The notes below the pieces were generated by a model. The model was not told the origin of the DNA, made no database searches, and saw only the letters and a list, made by a program, of their open reading frames with translations. From the NCBI GenBank assembly GCA_010909165.1, contig MU008162.1, positions 2,108,001-2,172,000 on the forward strand: a DNA stretch of 64,000 bases. The letters run 5' to 3'. The DNA is from Anthoceros angustus. Its lineage: Eukaryota > Plantae > Anthocerotophyta. Shown in pieces: positions 60,901 through 64,000 of the stretch. A program made the translations under genes and the position numbers. Positions within the stretch are counted from its first letter, which is position 1. The number at the start of each line of letters is the position of its first letter.

Positions 60901-63900
60901 AACAAATTATTATGAAGTATATGAGTAATGTCGAGCATGGCAAAATTGGAAGTATGTTCCAAAACTCACACTTTGCACATTAACATATGGGGATTTATGA
61001 ATGGAGATCCAAATACGTAAATCATGGCTTATCAAATATTATTATCACTTCCACATCTTGTGACATCCATTGTTCTCTATTGCCTCTATGAAGTCAACTT
61101 TAGACCCTACCATGATGAGATGCTAATTAGTAATAAAGTTTTAGTTGACGAAGATAGAGTTAAAGATATGGTTGAAAGTCTCAATGAGCTTTATGTATGG
61201 TCAAATCTCCCAAAAGTTCAAGCCATCATCACCTTTGAAAAGGAAGTCACATATGAAGAATTTGTGTATCCACTGTAGAATAATGTTTCGTGGTCACATA
61301 CAAGCAAGCATGCATGGAAAGGGACGATATATGCCCATTATAACTCTTGGACTAGGAATAATGAAATCTTGAATCAACAATGCCCCCCATGAAACCATTC
61401 CACAAGCTATGCCATGAAACCTGTATACTTCCTTGCCTCTCTAGCTGCTGGCTCTAGAGTCCCGAGTCCTGGCAGTGTGCGTGTCGTGGCCATGGATACA
61501 ACAAATAAGTCCTATATATTTCGTAGCAATATTAATTCCAGGTGCTTGCTATGGAGAAGACACTTCATTCAGTCAACATGTGGAGAAGAGCCTCGATTCC
61601 AAATGCTTGCTATGGAGAAGACACTTCTCGATTCCAGTATGTGGAGAAGAGCCTCGATTCCACTGATTCGTTGTGGAGAAGGATCCGATTCCATTCAGGA
61701 GAAGACACTTCGACTCTAGCGTCGTGGAAGACACTTCGACTCTAGTTGCTCGTGGAGAAGGCGCTTCTTGATAGAGTGCATGCCATGGCCATGGATACGA
61801 TAAATTAGTCCATTAACGTCTAGATCCGATCAAGCTTGGAGCCTCTACCGTGGCCATGGATACGACAAATTAGTCAAGTAATGTCTAGATGCGATCAAAG
61901 CTTGGAGCCTCTTGGGTTCTTCCGGCCATTCGATCTAAGTAATCAGTAAGGACATTCTCTTGAGAGACCAGTAAGGACGTGTTGGGCACGTTTGTAACTT
62001 TTATTTTATAAAGCCTTAAATTTATTAAAAACAAAAGAGGATATGTTGTAAATCGATAAGATAATTATTGCAATCGATGTGCATCCTTGTAGAATAATGC
62101 TTTATAGTCACGTATAAGCAAGATCGTAAAGGGACCATAAAAATATTTCAAGGTGAGGGCAATGGAGTCACCATCCAATAGTTTAAGCAAAGAATTTCAA
62201 GGCGTAACCACGAGTTACCATCAAATGGTCTAAGATAGGCGTAAGATTGGCTCAAGATAGCGAGATATTTCTAAGGCGAGGACGATGAAGTCACCATCAA
62301 ATGTTTTAAGCAAAGAATTTCAAGGTAACACAGAGATAGTTACCATTAAATGATGGCTCAAGATAGTGAGACTTTAACGGAAGATCTTCCCACTTGACAG
62401 TCTCCCAATGCTACGTAGTGGCTCAATCTTGGGAAGAAAATATTAAAACCAATACCTCAACCTTTTGATACGTAATAGAGAAGAAGAAAAGACACTTACT
62501 TAACCCTTAAGACACAATCCTACGGTCTCAAGCGATTGAGAAAATGTATTACTTCATTTACCCATTCGTGGTATTATGTGACTTCATGGCTCCCGCCTCC
62601 AAAAATTTGAGAAACGTATTACTTCATTTACCCATTGGTGGCATCATTGGACTTCATGGAGTGACATCTCTCAGTTCCCATCTTTTGTCTTTGCTTCTCA
62701 TATCATTTTCCTTTTTGTAAATAGATAAGAATCATTTTACTTTGCTTTTGATACCACTTTCGCTACAAAGCTTGGAAGAGGACATAGTAATATTAAAATA
62801 TTCAATGAAACATATAGAATCAAGAAATTTATGTCTAATGCATCAACATCTATTCATCGGGCATAAGTCTAGTATAGTCTTCATTGACCGGTGGTCCTTG
62901 GGTCCTATTTTAGATCGGCACTTAACGACTATCGTCCAAAAAGAGGCGGATCACCGACGTGGTCAAAAAAATGCCTTGCTCAGTATCATATTTGTGAATG
63001 GCAGGTTAGTAGTACATATGGGAAGGTGAAAGTGAAGTTATCTACTAAAAGCTTTTCCTTTTGCTCCATCCTTATGGATAAACATGTCATGTATGAAGAT
63101 CATCGAAGCTTATCTTGTTAGAGAATTTGAGACTTTATATGTAGATATTTCAAAGTGTAGAGAATTTGGAGACTTTACATAGATATTTCAAAGTGCAAAG
63201 AATTTGGTATTGATATTTCAAAGTGTACATCAAGTCCCGTGGAAGTTTAATGTTTGATATGGAGTAGGCCGTAGGGCACTAACAATCAAGTGGCGCATAA
63301 GGGCATGATTTATAATCCAGGGCCATGGAGCTAGGAATGGATGCCACCCAGTACTGATCCCCAAGGACGCTTTCAAGACTGTGGAGTTCCAAGAACCAAG
63401 TGCATGCCACTCCTTGAAGGGAGGACCACAAGAAGTATATCACCCATGAAGTGCATGCCACTCCTTGAAGGAGGACCACAAGAAGTATATCACCCATGTC
63501 AAAGCGTTGACCCCTAATTGACGGGCTTTTTCTAGGATCTTTTAATCGAATAAATCTGAAAATTACCCTACTAAGCTACACATATTTTCACTTCTGATTA
63601 TTGAGGACCTTGTTGAATTCTTGAGTTATTGCGTGCTTAACTTGCCTCGATCATGTCTCGTATCGGGAGTGCACTCCTCCTTCTTGAGTCCATGCACACA
63701 TGACAACTATGCCACTAAGGTGTCCTCAAGCCCGCAATGAGTGTTCATCCTCGCTTATGGAGGAGGCCTTCCGATCCTTGACTGCAAACCTAATAGTACG
63801 TTCTAAGAAATTCAAAGGCCCGAACGACTAGCGAGTTGGAAGGGCTAAACTACATCTTTATTTGGCGATCCCGAACGCCTTAGGGCAACGGAATCCCATC

Positions 63901-64000
63901 CCACAACATTGCGGCTTCACTCGTTGTATCCTAGTTCGCAGGTAACAGTGGCCACCATACACATGGGTGTTTCAAATTGGCATCGTGGAGTAGTGGAACC
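51801..64000. repeat. Amplified block of an unclassified AT-rich repeat: ~1.8-kb units in tandem (51.8-58.6 kb), a distal segment (58.6-59.8 kb), and a longer copy from 60.2 kb to the window end
   Basis: Repeated ORF + hairpin minisatellite + GGCCATGGAT…AAATTAGTC motifs + TATTACTTCATTTACCCATT doublets. 58630-59822 recurs at 62880-64000, including the 38-bp and 51-bp sub-repeats. Confidence 0.93.
60202..60443 (+). pseudogene. LHCB fragment (intron end + start of exon 2), frameshifted
   Basis: Matches 46187-46444 (…TTGCTGCATCCAGGTA.GGCCCTGACC.TCCCAAGTGGCT…GGAGGTGATCCATGC…GGGCTATG), then joins sequence homologous to 47264 onward. Confidence 0.9.

Noticed and set aside
48370-61770. CRISPR-like array (GGAGAAGACACTTCGA repeats with variable linkers)
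   Set aside because: Eukaryotic context, linkers only ~8-12 nt and related to each other, degenerate repeats, and no cas genes.

Overview
Eukaryotic nuclear DNA from a non-seed land plant. An IFT20 flagellar gene, a PLS-PPR gene with the 'SWW' (DYW:WW-type) box and short introns point to a hornwort, lycophyte or fern; a hornwort such as Anthoceros is my best guess and is an inference. Host genes: ATXR4/SDG38-like SET gene, two near-identical major LHCII (Lhcb1/2/LhcbM-type) genes plus a third fragment, a U2 snRNA gene, a ~29-motif PLS-class PPR gene, IFT20, an At4g15545/NAIP-like gene and a DUF506 gene. Mobile and repeat DNA: a CRE-clade non-LTR element with TTTAGGG-rich 5' DNA, an unclassified TG..CA-ended element present twice, an RTEX/CR1-like LINE 3' end, a Copia remnant with its 3' LTR, a pogo/mariner-type MITE (3 copies), a probable MULE remnant and many minisatellites. 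From about 47 to 64 kb there is an amplified block carrying an orphan ORF family. The most unusual object is a ~215-bp-period array (7.1-9.9 kb) of Pol III-type tRNA-like genes. They have intact acceptor, D and T arms, but a ~35-nt anticodon domain with no canonical anticodon loop. One copy has that domain amplified five times and another is split by a (GTT)n-tailed LINE. Several 0.16-1.8 kb tandem duplications differ mainly by small indels and may be long-read assembly artefacts.
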